Of a stretch of 64,000 bases of DNA, positions 1 through 8,159 are shown piece after piece (positions within the stretch are counted from its first letter, which is position 1; each line of letters opens with the position of its first letter). The position numbers and the translations under genes are program-made. The stretch covers positions 15,610-79,609 of the forward strand of contig JANYBY010000119.1 in NCBI GenBank assembly GCA_025360565.1. Direction: 5' to 3'. Origin of the DNA: Bacteroidota bacterium (GTDB lineage Bacteria; Bacteroidota; Bacteroidia; B-17B0; Aurantibacillaceae). A model generated the notes under the pieces. The model saw only the letters and a list, made by a program, of their open reading frames with translations. It had not been told where the DNA came from and made no database searches.

Positions 1-2
1 TT

Positions 3-686
3 TCTGTTACCGCCGAAACGCTTTCTCCATCGCAATTTAATCCTATGGGAATAAATCCCCTCGAAAAAATATTGAACGACCTGATCGATTTTGAAGAGCT
101 GCGAAAAATTTCTCCGCCAAAATTATTTGTGTGTGCCACCAATGTAAAAACCTGCGAGGCAAAAGTTTTTGGTCCGCACGAAATAACTTCAAAAGCAATT
201 TTAGCAAGTGCTTGTTTGCCCTATTTATTTAAAGCCGTTGAAATTGATGGGGAATTTTATTGGGATGGCGGCTACATGGGAAATCCGCCCCTGTTCCCGC
301 TTACAGAACATACCGAAGGCACCGAAGATATTTTACTGGTAAAAGTAAATCCATTTGCCATTGCCAAAGTGCCCGAGAACATTGAAGACATTAAAGATCG
401 CGTGAACGAAATAAGTTTTAATTCTTCGCTGGCCCTAGAAATAAAAAACCTAGAATTTATTAATACATTAGTGGACGAAGGAATTACCATGAACGGCAAA
501 TTGAAAAAAATAAATCTGCATTGTTTAAGTGCCGATAAGGTTCTTGGCGACCTTAACCTTTCGAGCAAATTAAATACCACCTGGGATTTTTTAATGCATT
601 TAAAGAACATGGGTTACAAAGCCTGCGATACCTGGGTAAAAGCCAATTACGAAAACATAGGAAAAAGATCAACCATTCATATTTAA
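3..686 (+). CDS. Patatin-like phospholipase family protein (5' partial)
   Basis: DGG motif (WDGGYMGNPP) and 'LASACLP.LF.AVEIDG' typical of patatin/RssA-like proteins. The frame is open from position 3, so the true start lies upstream of the window and ATG 45 is internal. Confidence 0.85.
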   Translation, partial: SVTAETLSPSQFNPMGINPLEKILNDLIDFEELRKISPPKLFVCATNVKTCEAKVFGPHEITSKAILASACLPYLFKAVEIDGEFYWDGGYMGNPPLFPLTEHTEGTEDILLVKVNPFAIAKVPENIEDIKDRVNEISFNSSLALEIKNLEFINTLVDEGITMNGKLKKINLHCLSADKVLGDLNLSSKLNTTWDFLMHLKNMGYKACDTWVKANYENIGKRSTIHI

Positions 687-691
687 AATTT

Positions 692-2383
692 ATGCAGCGA
701 CATTTTGTAAAACCCGATTTTAATGTAACAACGTGGGAATTATTAAAACCGTATTTTGATGAACTTGAATCCCGAAAAATTAATTCAATTGCCGATCTTG
801 AAAAATGGCTCAAGGATAGTTCTGAACTTGGCGCTGTTGTAAGCGAAAATATGGCCTGGCGCTATATTAAAATGACCTGCGATACTGCGAACGCAGAATT
901 GAGAAATAGCTTTAATGATTTTGTGCAGAACATTGAGCCACAAATGGCACCTATAGGGAATGAACTGAACAAAAAATTAATTGGTACTCCGTTTACTTCT
1001 CAACTTACTAAACAAGGATACGATATTTATTTACGTTCGGTAAAAAACGCTATTGAATTATTCCGCGAAAAAAACATTCCGCTTAATACGCAGTTGCAGG
1101 AATTAGAACAGCAATTCGGCGAAATTAACGGCGCACAAAGTATTGAGTACAACGGCGAAAAAATAACCATGCAAAAAGCCTCTGTTTATTTAAAAGACCT
1201 GAACCGAAAAGTGCGCGAAGAAGTATATTATAAAATTCAGGAGAGAAGAGGGCAGGACGAAAACGCGCTGAATGAGCTGTTCACCAAATTAATTCAACTG
1301 CGCCAACAGGTTGCAGTGAACACAGGTTTTAAAAATTACCGCGATTACAAACATCAGTCACTTGGCCGTTTTGATTATACGGTGCAGGATTGTTTAAATT
1401 TTCATGAATCGGTAAAACAACATGCGGTGCCTTTAATTATTGAACACGATAAAAAGCGTAAACAAAAATTAAAACTGGAAGATTACCGTCCTTGGGATAC
1501 CGCGGTGGATGAAGAAGGCAAGCCGCCTTTAAAACCGTTTGCAAGTGCACAAGAGTTAATTGAAAAAACAATTACCTGTTTTAATAAGATAGATCCGTTT
1601 TTTGGCGAGTGCATTAAAACCATGCAAAAGCTTAACCGTCTCGATCTGGAAAGCAGAATTGGCAAGGCTCCCGGCGGCTATCAATATCCGCTGTACGAAA
1701 CCGATGTGCCTTTTATTTTTATGAACTCGGTAGGTTTGCACCGCGATCTGGTTACTATGGTACATGAAGGAGGTCACGCAATACATTCTTTTTTAGATAA
1801 AGATCTTGACCTGGTTGAATTTAAGTCGCCCACCAGCGAAGTGGCCGAATTGGCCAGCATGAGCATGGAATTGATAAGCATGGAACACTGGGATATTTTT
1901 TTTACTGACAAAGAAGAATTAAAACGCGCCAAACGCCAACAGCTGGAAGGAGTGATAGATGCTTTGCCATGGATAGCCGCGGTAGATAAATTTCAGCACC
2001 TGCTTTATTTAAAACCTGAACACACTGTTGCAGAACGTTATGAGATGTGGAACGGATTGATGAAAGATTTTGGAAGTCCTGTAATAAATAATGCAGGACT
2101 AGAAAATTTTGTGAACCGCCGTTGGCAGGTGCAATTGCATTTATACGAAGTGCCATTTTATTATATTGAATATGGTTTTGCACAGCTGGGTGCTATTGCC
2201 ATGTGGCGCCAGTACAAAAAAGATCCAAAACAAGCCATAACAAATTATAAAAAAGCACTTGGGCTGGGTTACACAAAAAGTATTCCTGAAATTTACGAGG
2301 CCGCCGGAATTAAATTTGATTTCAGTCCGGCTTACGTAAAAGAGTTAATGAATTTTGTGAAGGAAGAGTATGAGAAGGTTTGA
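692..2383 (+). CDS. pepF: M3 family oligoendopeptidase F
   Basis: HEGGH zinc motif, downstream E in 'SEVAELASM', and 'HLYEVPFYYIEYG' motif; 563 aa. Confidence 0.9.
   Translation: MQRHFVKPDFNVTTWELLKPYFDELESRKINSIADLEKWLKDSSELGAVVSENMAWRYIKMTCDTANAELRNSFNDFVQNIEPQMAPIGNELNKKLIGTPFTSQLTKQGYDIYLRSVKNAIELFREKNIPLNTQLQELEQQFGEINGAQSIEYNGEKITMQKASVYLKDLNRKVREEVYYKIQERRGQDENALNELFTKLIQLRQQVAVNTGFKNYRDYKHQSLGRFDYTVQDCLNFHESVKQHAVPLIIEHDKKRKQKLKLEDYRPWDTAVDEEGKPPLKPFASAQELIEKTITCFNKIDPFFGECIKTMQKLNRLDLESRIGKAPGGYQYPLYETDVPFIFMNSVGLHRDLVTMVHEGGHAIHSFLDKDLDLVEFKSPTSEVAELASMSMELISMEHWDIFFTDKEELKRAKRQQLEGVIDALPWIAAVDKFQHLLYLKPEHTVAERYEMWNGLMKDFGSPVINNAGLENFVNRRWQVQLHLYEVPFYYIEYGFAQLGAIAMWRQYKKDPKQAITNYKKALGLGYTKSIPEIYEAAGIKFDFSPAYVKELMNFVKEEYEKV
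2303..2383 (+). repeat. Direct repeat copy 1 (last 27 codons of pepF)
   Basis: 81 nt; 73/81 identical to 3338-3418 by manual alignment. Confidence 0.95.
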
Positions 2384-2565
2384 AAAGTGAAGTTGGGGAA
2401 TGAGAGTAATCGAAGAACCATTATGCCGTGCAAGACCGATAGGTTTTCTCGCTGAGGCGCTGCAGACAAGTAGGGAAGAGGTTTTTATAGCGGTTGATGG
2501 TAAAGCTTAGGGGTTAACATTGGAACAAATTTCCTATTCCAACACTTTTTTCGTATCTTTAAAAT

Positions 2566-3093
2566 ATGGACGCGAAAGCAAAATACCATCTTGGCATTGA
2601 AATTGACCGGCTGACAAATAGCATTTTAAATTGCATTTCCGGCGACAGCTTTCCGACCGACGTTCACGTTCTTAGTAAGAGCGACCTTAAGCACATTAAT
2701 AAAAAAAATGCCTGGCTTTTCAATTGGGCGGCCGAAAACAAACTCTCCGACAGGCAGATTTATAAACTAACAATTAGAAATAATCCTGAAATTATTCAAG
2801 GATTAGCGAGTATTAGTGATTTTAACGATCATTATTATTTACATCTTATCGAAAGTGCACCGTTTAATCTTGGGAGAAACAAGCTTTACGAAGGGGTTCC
2901 GGGGAATCTGTTCGCTTTCGCTTGCAAAATATCATGGGATAAAGGCTACCAAGGTTTTATTTCTTTTAGATCCAAAACAAAACTAATTCAACATTATGAA
3001 ATGACCTTAGGAGCAACACATGTAGGTGAGCACAATATGGTGATTTTCCCACATGAAGCGCTAAAACTAATCAAGAAATATTTTCCAACTTAA
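2566..3093 (+). CDS. Hypothetical GNAT-fold-like protein (candidate toxin)
   Basis: 175-aa ORF. 'YLHLIESAPFN.G..KLYEGVPGNLFAFAC..S...G..GFISF.SKT.LI.HY...LGA' resembles the acetyl-CoA-binding region of GNAT proteins. TATCTTTA box at 2554-2561. Confidence 0.6.
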   Translation: MDAKAKYHLGIEIDRLTNSILNCISGDSFPTDVHVLSKSDLKHINKKNAWLFNWAAENKLSDRQIYKLTIRNNPEIIQGLASISDFNDHYYLHLIESAPFNLGRNKLYEGVPGNLFAFACKISWDKGYQGFISFRSKTKLIQHYEMTLGATHVGEHNMVIFPHEALKLIKKYFPT

Positions 3094-3106
3094 ATAAACT
3101 ATTATC

Positions 3107-3280
3107 ATGGGGCACATTAAAGAACCAAAAGGAGTAGATTTTACAGTAGATCCAACGCCATTAACTGACGAGGAAAAGAAGAGAATAAGTGAAATAATTG
3201 CTTACTACAAAGCCACAGGCCGAAAAAAAGTATTTAATAAGGCCTCTCAACAAAAGACTCGCAAACGTTCAGCAGCATAA
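3107..3280 (+). CDS. Small basic hypothetical protein, 57 aa (candidate antitoxin/partner); absent from the supplied ORF track
   Basis: ATG 3107 to TAA 3280, 13 nt after the previous stop. Translation MGHIKEPKGVDFTVDPTPLTDEEKKRISEIIAYYKATGRKKVFNKASQQKTRKRSAA. Confidence 0.75.
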   Translation: MGHIKEPKGVDFTVDPTPLTDEEKKRISEIIAYYKATGRKKVFNKASQQKTRKRSAA

Positions 3281-3337
3281 GCATAGATGCCCGGAAAAGG
3301 CAGCCATTTTTTAGCAAACTTATCTGCCTTCAATGGC

Positions 3338-3418
3338 GCCGGAATTAAATTTGATTTCAGTCCTGCCAATGTAAAAGAGTTAATGGATTTTGTGAAGGCG
3401 GAGTATGAGAAGGTTTAA
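3338..3418 (+). repeat. Direct repeat copy 2 (orphan pepF 3' end)
   Basis: Encodes AGIKFDFSPANVKELMDFVKAEYEKV* versus pepF AGIKFDFSPAYVKELMNFVKEEYEKV*. Confidence 0.95.
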
Positions 3419-3431
3419 CAATAGCTAAAAA

Positions 3432-3513
3432 GTCATCCCGAGGAACGAGGGATCTGTTCTCTTTCGAAAAAGCCTTTCCCCCTAACAGACACTTCGCTAC
3501 CGCTCAGTATGGC
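3432..3513. repeat. Degenerate REP-like inverted repeat
   Basis: GTCATCCCGAGGAACGAGGGATCTG ... CAGACACTTCGCTACCGCTCAGTATGGC resembles GTCAT...ATGAC-type REP doublets. Confidence 0.55.
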
Positions 3514-3521
3514 GTGAAACT

Positions 3522-4022
3522 TTGAAAATGAAAACAAAAGCAATACATATTTTTTTATTTTTCGTAATTATTGCTTTAACAACCTGCAAAAAATATCCTG
3601 AAAATACTTTGTGGTTTACAAACTTTAGCAAAATAAAATTTTTAGACAATGTTCATTTGACAGCCTTTACTGTAAACGGTATTGATAGTTTACAATCACT
3701 AAAAGTTTTTTTTGGATCGCGCAGTGGCTACAAAGATATCAGCCAGGTTTACATTGAAGAAACTTATGATTCGCATTATGGCAATACAGTTGGTGTTTTT
3801 CATGTGCCATATGAGCATATTATTTTGGGCTATAGTTTTTCTAAAAACAAGAAAAACATTTCATTTGGCTTTGTAACACAAGACACCTCAATATTAAAGA
3901 GAAACCTATTTATTGACAATAATCAATGGCAGATAATTAAACTTGATCTCAAGACTGGGACACGAAAAATTAAAAAAACCGTGAATGGCAATACTTACGA
4001 ATTGCAGTTTGAGAAGTTGTGA
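3522..4022 (+). CDS. Hypothetical lipoprotein
   Basis: Hydrophobic N-terminus with lipobox-like 'ALTTC' followed by KK; no family recognised. Confidence 0.7.
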   Translation: MKMKTKAIHIFLFFVIIALTTCKKYPENTLWFTNFSKIKFLDNVHLTAFTVNGIDSLQSLKVFFGSRSGYKDISQVYIEETYDSHYGNTVGVFHVPYEHIILGYSFSKNKKNISFGFVTQDTSILKRNLFIDNNQWQIIKLDLKTGTRKIKKTVNGNTYELQFEKL

Positions 4023-4032
4023 CCGAAATGTG

Positions 4033-4140
4033 GCTTAGGGATGCGAAAGGTTTAGCTCTTTTTGTTCCGCCATTTTCGGCGGACAAAAAAGCCGAAGCGA
4101 AGCGGAGCCTGAAGCAGCCCGGGCCGCAGGCAAGCCCCAA
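4033..4140 (-). other. GC-rich structured repeat-like or ncRNA-like element downstream of ftsE
   Basis: Hairpin TTTTTGTTCCGCC (4059-4071) / GGCGGACAAAAAA (4078-4090) inside a GC-rich segment that starts TTGGGGC and ends ATCCCTAAGC on the - strand. Confidence 0.4.
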
Positions 4141-4155
4141 ATTTCTTTATCCAAA

Positions 4156-4824
4156 TCAATTCGTTTCCGTCACCTTTGCATCCTCAAAAGTAAGTGTGCG
4201 CGATTTGTACTTATTATAAACCATCATATCATGTGTAGCGAGCAGTACGGCCCTTCCGCTTTCGCTCAATTGTTTCAGCAATTTTAAAATTTCTTCCGAT
4301 GTTTCAGGGTCTAAGTTGCCGGTGGGCTCATCGGCCAAAATAATTTCAGGATCGTTTACCAAAGCACGCGCAATGCTTACGCGTTGCTGTTCACCGCCCG
4401 AGAGCTCGTGGGGCATTTTATTTTCTTTCCCTTCTAAACTTACTTTTTTTAATACGTCAATTACCCGTTCTTTTATTTTAGCTTCTTCGCCCCAGCCGGT
4501 GGCTTTCATCACAAATCTTAAATTTTCATAAACGCTCCGGTCACTCAGCAATTGAAAATCCTGAAATACAATGCCGAGTTTACGCCTTAAATACGGTATT
4601 TGCGCCGCTTTTAAATTATTTAAGCTGTAGCCGCAAACAATTCCTGTGCCCGAATTAAGCGGCAGATCGCCGTAAATTGTTTTTAAAAAACTGCTTTTGC
4701 CGCTGCCTGTTTTACCAAGCAGGTAAAGGAACTCGCCCTTTTTTATTTCAACATTTAAACCGCCAACAACCGGGCGCTCCTCCTGAAAAATAGTTACGTT
4801 ATCAAATTTTATAAGGGTGGACAT
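4156..4824 (-). CDS. ftsE: Cell division ABC ATPase FtsE
   Basis: Walker A GKTGSGKS, 'IPYLRRKLGIVFQDFQLL', signature LSGGEQQR, and LADEPTGNLD. Confidence 0.9.
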   Translation of the reverse strand: MSTLIKFDNVTIFQEERPVVGGLNVEIKKGEFLYLLGKTGSGKSSFLKTIYGDLPLNSGTGIVCGYSLNNLKAAQIPYLRRKLGIVFQDFQLLSDRSVYENLRFVMKATGWGEEAKIKERVIDVLKKVSLEGKENKMPHELSGGEQQRVSIARALVNDPEIILADEPTGNLDPETSEEILKLLKQLSESGRAVLLATHDMMVYNKYKSRTLTFEDAKVTETN

Positions 4825-4988
4825 TTAAACGGGAAAACATAAAATTAGAAAAATTGTAACCTGTTAACGCATTTTGCCTTATACCAATATCAACACAAGA
4901 GGGTTAATAACTGCCTGTGCTCATTGCCAAAGCACCCTCATAAGAAAAGTAAATTTAGTGAGATAAATTTTACCACATTTTCACCTTA

Positions 4989-7900
4989 ATGATACACACT
5001 AAAAAGTTAGGCACTTTACTGCTCTCTATTTGTTTATTTACCGTTTCTGTTGCGCAGAAAACTGCAGCTTACATGGATAAGGACGAAGCCTACAAACTCG
5101 GCTTAGACCTTTTTGATAAGAGACAATATGTAAATGCGCAAAAAAATTTCAGCGATTATGTTTCTCAAAGCAAACCGTCTATACAAAGAGCGGAAGCTGC
5201 TTTTTACGCCGCGGCCTGCGCCATTGAACTTTTTAATAAGGATGGTGATTGGCAAATGAAGCAATTCATTGAAAAATATCCTGAGAGTCAAAAAGTAAAT
5301 ACGGCCTGGTTTTACCTTGGCAAATCAAACTACCGAAGAAAAAAATACATTGAAACAATTGAATATTTAGAGAAAGTTGATGTTTATAAATTAGACAAAG
5401 AGCAATTGGCCGAAATGTATTTTAAACGCGGCTACAGTTATTATGTAAATGATCACAGCGATAAAGCAAAGGCGGATTTCGCTGAAATAAAAGATGTGGA
5501 CAATAAATACGCGCACCCGGCAAATTATTATTTTTCGCACATTGCTTACGAAGAAAAAAATTACGAAATAGCTCTTGCCGGATTCAATCGTCTGGTTGGT
5601 AATCCAACTTTTGGAACAGTAGTACCTTATTACATTACACAAATTTATTTTATTCAAGGCAAATTTGATAAAGTAGTTCAAGAAGCGCCCGCTTTATTGA
5701 ACGACAGCGATCATGTGCAAAAAGCAAGCGAAATAAACATGATGATAGGCGAAAGTTATTTTAATTTAAAAGACTACGCCAAGGCACTTCCTTTTTTGCA
5801 TAAAACCGAATTAGCTTCCGATTTACATGCGCAGGGCAATTACGCCTTGGGATATTGCTATTACAAAACCAGCGATTATCCAAATGCAATCAGCCATTTT
5901 GAAAAAGCATCCGACTCATACGATTCTCTCGCTCAAAATGCCTGGTACCATATGGCAGATTGTTATGTAAAACTAAACGATAAGTTAAAAGCCAAGAACG
6001 CGTATTACAGCGCGTACAAAACAAACCTTGATAAAAAAATAACGGAAGATGCTTTATTCAGTTTCGCGAAATTAAGTTATGAGTTAGATTTTAGTCCTTA
6101 TAACGAAGCAGCCACTGCTTTTGCCGGGTATTTAAAAGAATATCCTCAGTCGCCCAGAAAAGATGAGTGTTATAATTTTTTAATTAACGTTTATTCCACC
6201 ACAAAAAATTACGATCTCGCCATTAAGAGCATAGAAAGTTTACAAAGCATTGATCCCATTTTAAAAGTTACGTATCAAAAATTAATTTATTTCAGGGGAG
6301 TTGAATATTTTAATAATGGCAATTTAGATAACGCCGAAAAACAATTTAAAAAATCGCTTGCACAAAATTCCGATTTTAAATTGAACGGGCTTTGTCAGTA
6401 TTGGCTTGGAGAAATTTCGTACAATAGAAAAGATTATACAACCGCTATTAACGCCTGGAAAGCCTTTCAGGTAATGGACGGGGCGGTGCAGCTGAAAGAA
6501 TATATGTTAAGCGATTATGCATTGGGTTACGCGTATTTTTTACGAAAAGAGAACGGCGATTACACAAGCGCGAATATTTCGTTCCGAAAATTTTTATTGA
6601 ATAAAATTGGGCAAGATGAAACAAAAGTGAACGACGCCATTATTCGGGTGGCCGACAGTTATTTTATGAATAACGATTATTTGCAGGCCGGCGAATATTA
6701 TAAACAAGCCATTGATGCCAATAAAATGGATGTAGATTACGCGTTGTACCAAAAGGCACTTTGCGATGGATTAAACAAAAAGTACAACGATAAAATTGAC
6801 GAACTCAAAAAGATAGAAACACGTTATCCCGCTTCAAATTATTTGAGTGCGACCATGAATGAAATTGCCGATACATATTTAAATAATTTAAAGGACGATG
6901 AGAACGCGATAATTTACTACAATAAAATATTAAACAATTATCCTAAGTCCTCTTTCGCCAATAATTGCAATGCCCAATTAGGAAATATTTATTTCAGTAA
7001 AAAGCAAGACGATAAGGCATTTGAATATTACGACAAATTTGTGAAGGCCGACAGCAAAAGTGAAGCCGCTAAGGATGTGTTGGAAGCAATTAAAAAAATA
7101 TACGAGACCAAAGGAGATGTGGAAGGAATGGAAAAATATTTTGCGTCCATAGGTAATCCTTTATCCGAAAATCAATTGGAAAAAGCCTCTTACGCGGCGG
7201 CTTACGACGCTTTCTACGTTCAAAAAAATTGCGATGTTGCTTTACCAAAGTGGGAATCGTATATCGCTAAATTCCCCAATGGAAAATACATAACTGAGGC
7301 GCAATTTATTTCCGCGGAATGTAATTACAGTAAAAATAATTTTGAAAAAGCCCTGCAAGGATATTTGTATGTGATCGGCAAAGGCAGAAGTTTAAACAGC
7401 GAAGTGGCTTACACCAAAGCATCGTACCTATATTATAAGGACAAAAAATACACTGAGGCTTTGCCTTTATTTTTAGCGCTGCAGGATATTGCTGAAACGC
7501 CTTCGAATAAAAGCGCCGGCAAATTCGGCGCAATGCGCTCTTCATTTTATTTAAATCAGTACGAAACCGCTTTAGCAGAAAGTAACAAAGTGTTGAGCAC
7601 CGAAAAATTAACGCCGCAACAAACCAGCGAAGCAAAATACATTAAAGCAAGATCCTTGTACGAAACAAAACGATTGGACGATGCCATGTTAGAGTTTAAA
7701 GCGATGACCAAGACAAGTAAAAATGTTACCGGAGCAGAAGCGTATTATTATGTAGCAAAAATTTTGTTCGCGAAACAGGATTATAAAGAGGTTGAAAAAA
7801 CAGTGAATAAACTGATCAGTTACGAATACAGTAACGATGATTGGAACAACATGGGAATGCTGCTTTTAGCGGATGCCTATTTGGCGAAGGGCGATGAGGC

Positions 7901-8159
7901 AGATGCAAAGGTAATTTTACAAACTATAATTGAAGGAAAACCAAAACAGGAATATATTGACGAAGCTAATAACAGATTAGAAGACCTGAAGGCCAAACAG
8001 GAAGCGAAATTGCAGAAACAACACGAACAGCAAAGCAACGAAATGAAAATAGACGGCAATCCAACAAAAAAAGATGAAGTGTTGTATGATAAAATAAATA
8101 AAGAAGGTTCGGGTAAAGACAGTACACAAACAAAATCAAATATTGAGAAGCCAAAATAA
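4989..8159 (+). CDS. Large exported tetratricopeptide-repeat protein
   Basis: Signal peptide ending ...VAQ, then many TPR-like helical repeats (A.YY.G..Y, Y..A...F) across 1056 aa. Confidence 0.9.
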   Translation: MIHTKKLGTLLLSICLFTVSVAQKTAAYMDKDEAYKLGLDLFDKRQYVNAQKNFSDYVSQSKPSIQRAEAAFYAAACAIELFNKDGDWQMKQFIEKYPESQKVNTAWFYLGKSNYRRKKYIETIEYLEKVDVYKLDKEQLAEMYFKRGYSYYVNDHSDKAKADFAEIKDVDNKYAHPANYYFSHIAYEEKNYEIALAGFNRLVGNPTFGTVVPYYITQIYFIQGKFDKVVQEAPALLNDSDHVQKASEINMMIGESYFNLKDYAKALPFLHKTELASDLHAQGNYALGYCYYKTSDYPNAISHFEKASDSYDSLAQNAWYHMADCYVKLNDKLKAKNAYYSAYKTNLDKKITEDALFSFAKLSYELDFSPYNEAATAFAGYLKEYPQSPRKDECYNFLINVYSTTKNYDLAIKSIESLQSIDPILKVTYQKLIYFRGVEYFNNGNLDNAEKQFKKSLAQNSDFKLNGLCQYWLGEISYNRKDYTTAINAWKAFQVMDGAVQLKEYMLSDYALGYAYFLRKENGDYTSANISFRKFLLNKIGQDETKVNDAIIRVADSYFMNNDYLQAGEYYKQAIDANKMDVDYALYQKALCDGLNKKYNDKIDELKKIETRYPASNYLSATMNEIADTYLNNLKDDENAIIYYNKILNNYPKSSFANNCNAQLGNIYFSKKQDDKAFEYYDKFVKADSKSEAAKDVLEAIKKIYETKGDVEGMEKYFASIGNPLSENQLEKASYAAAYDAFYVQKNCDVALPKWESYIAKFPNGKYITEAQFISAECNYSKNNFEKALQGYLYVIGKGRSLNSEVAYTKASYLYYKDKKYTEALPLFLALQDIAETPSNKSAGKFGAMRSSFYLNQYETALAESNKVLSTEKLTPQQTSEAKYIKARSLYETKRLDDAMLEFKAMTKTSKNVTGAEAYYYVAKILFAKQDYKEVEKTVNKLISYEYSNDDWNNMGMLLLADAYLAKGDEADAKVILQTIIEGKPKQEYIDEANNRLEDLKAKQEAKLQKQHEQQSNEMKIDGNPTKKDEVLYDKINKEGSGKDSTQTKSNIEKPK

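Noticed and set aside
2303-3418. pepF repeat pair as a diversity-generating retroelement template/variable repeat
   Set aside because: The differences are not adenine-specific (3 of 8 or 2 of 8 at A, depending on which copy is the template), and no reverse transcriptase is in the window.
3287-3418. 43-aa ORF (MPGKGSHF...EYEKV) ending in the duplicated pepF tail
   Set aside because: Most simply a by-product of the scar keeping the pepF frame. Nothing supports expression.
4019-4219. 66-aa ORF
   Set aside because: It spans the structured element and overlaps the ftsE 3' end antisense, with no protein-like features.
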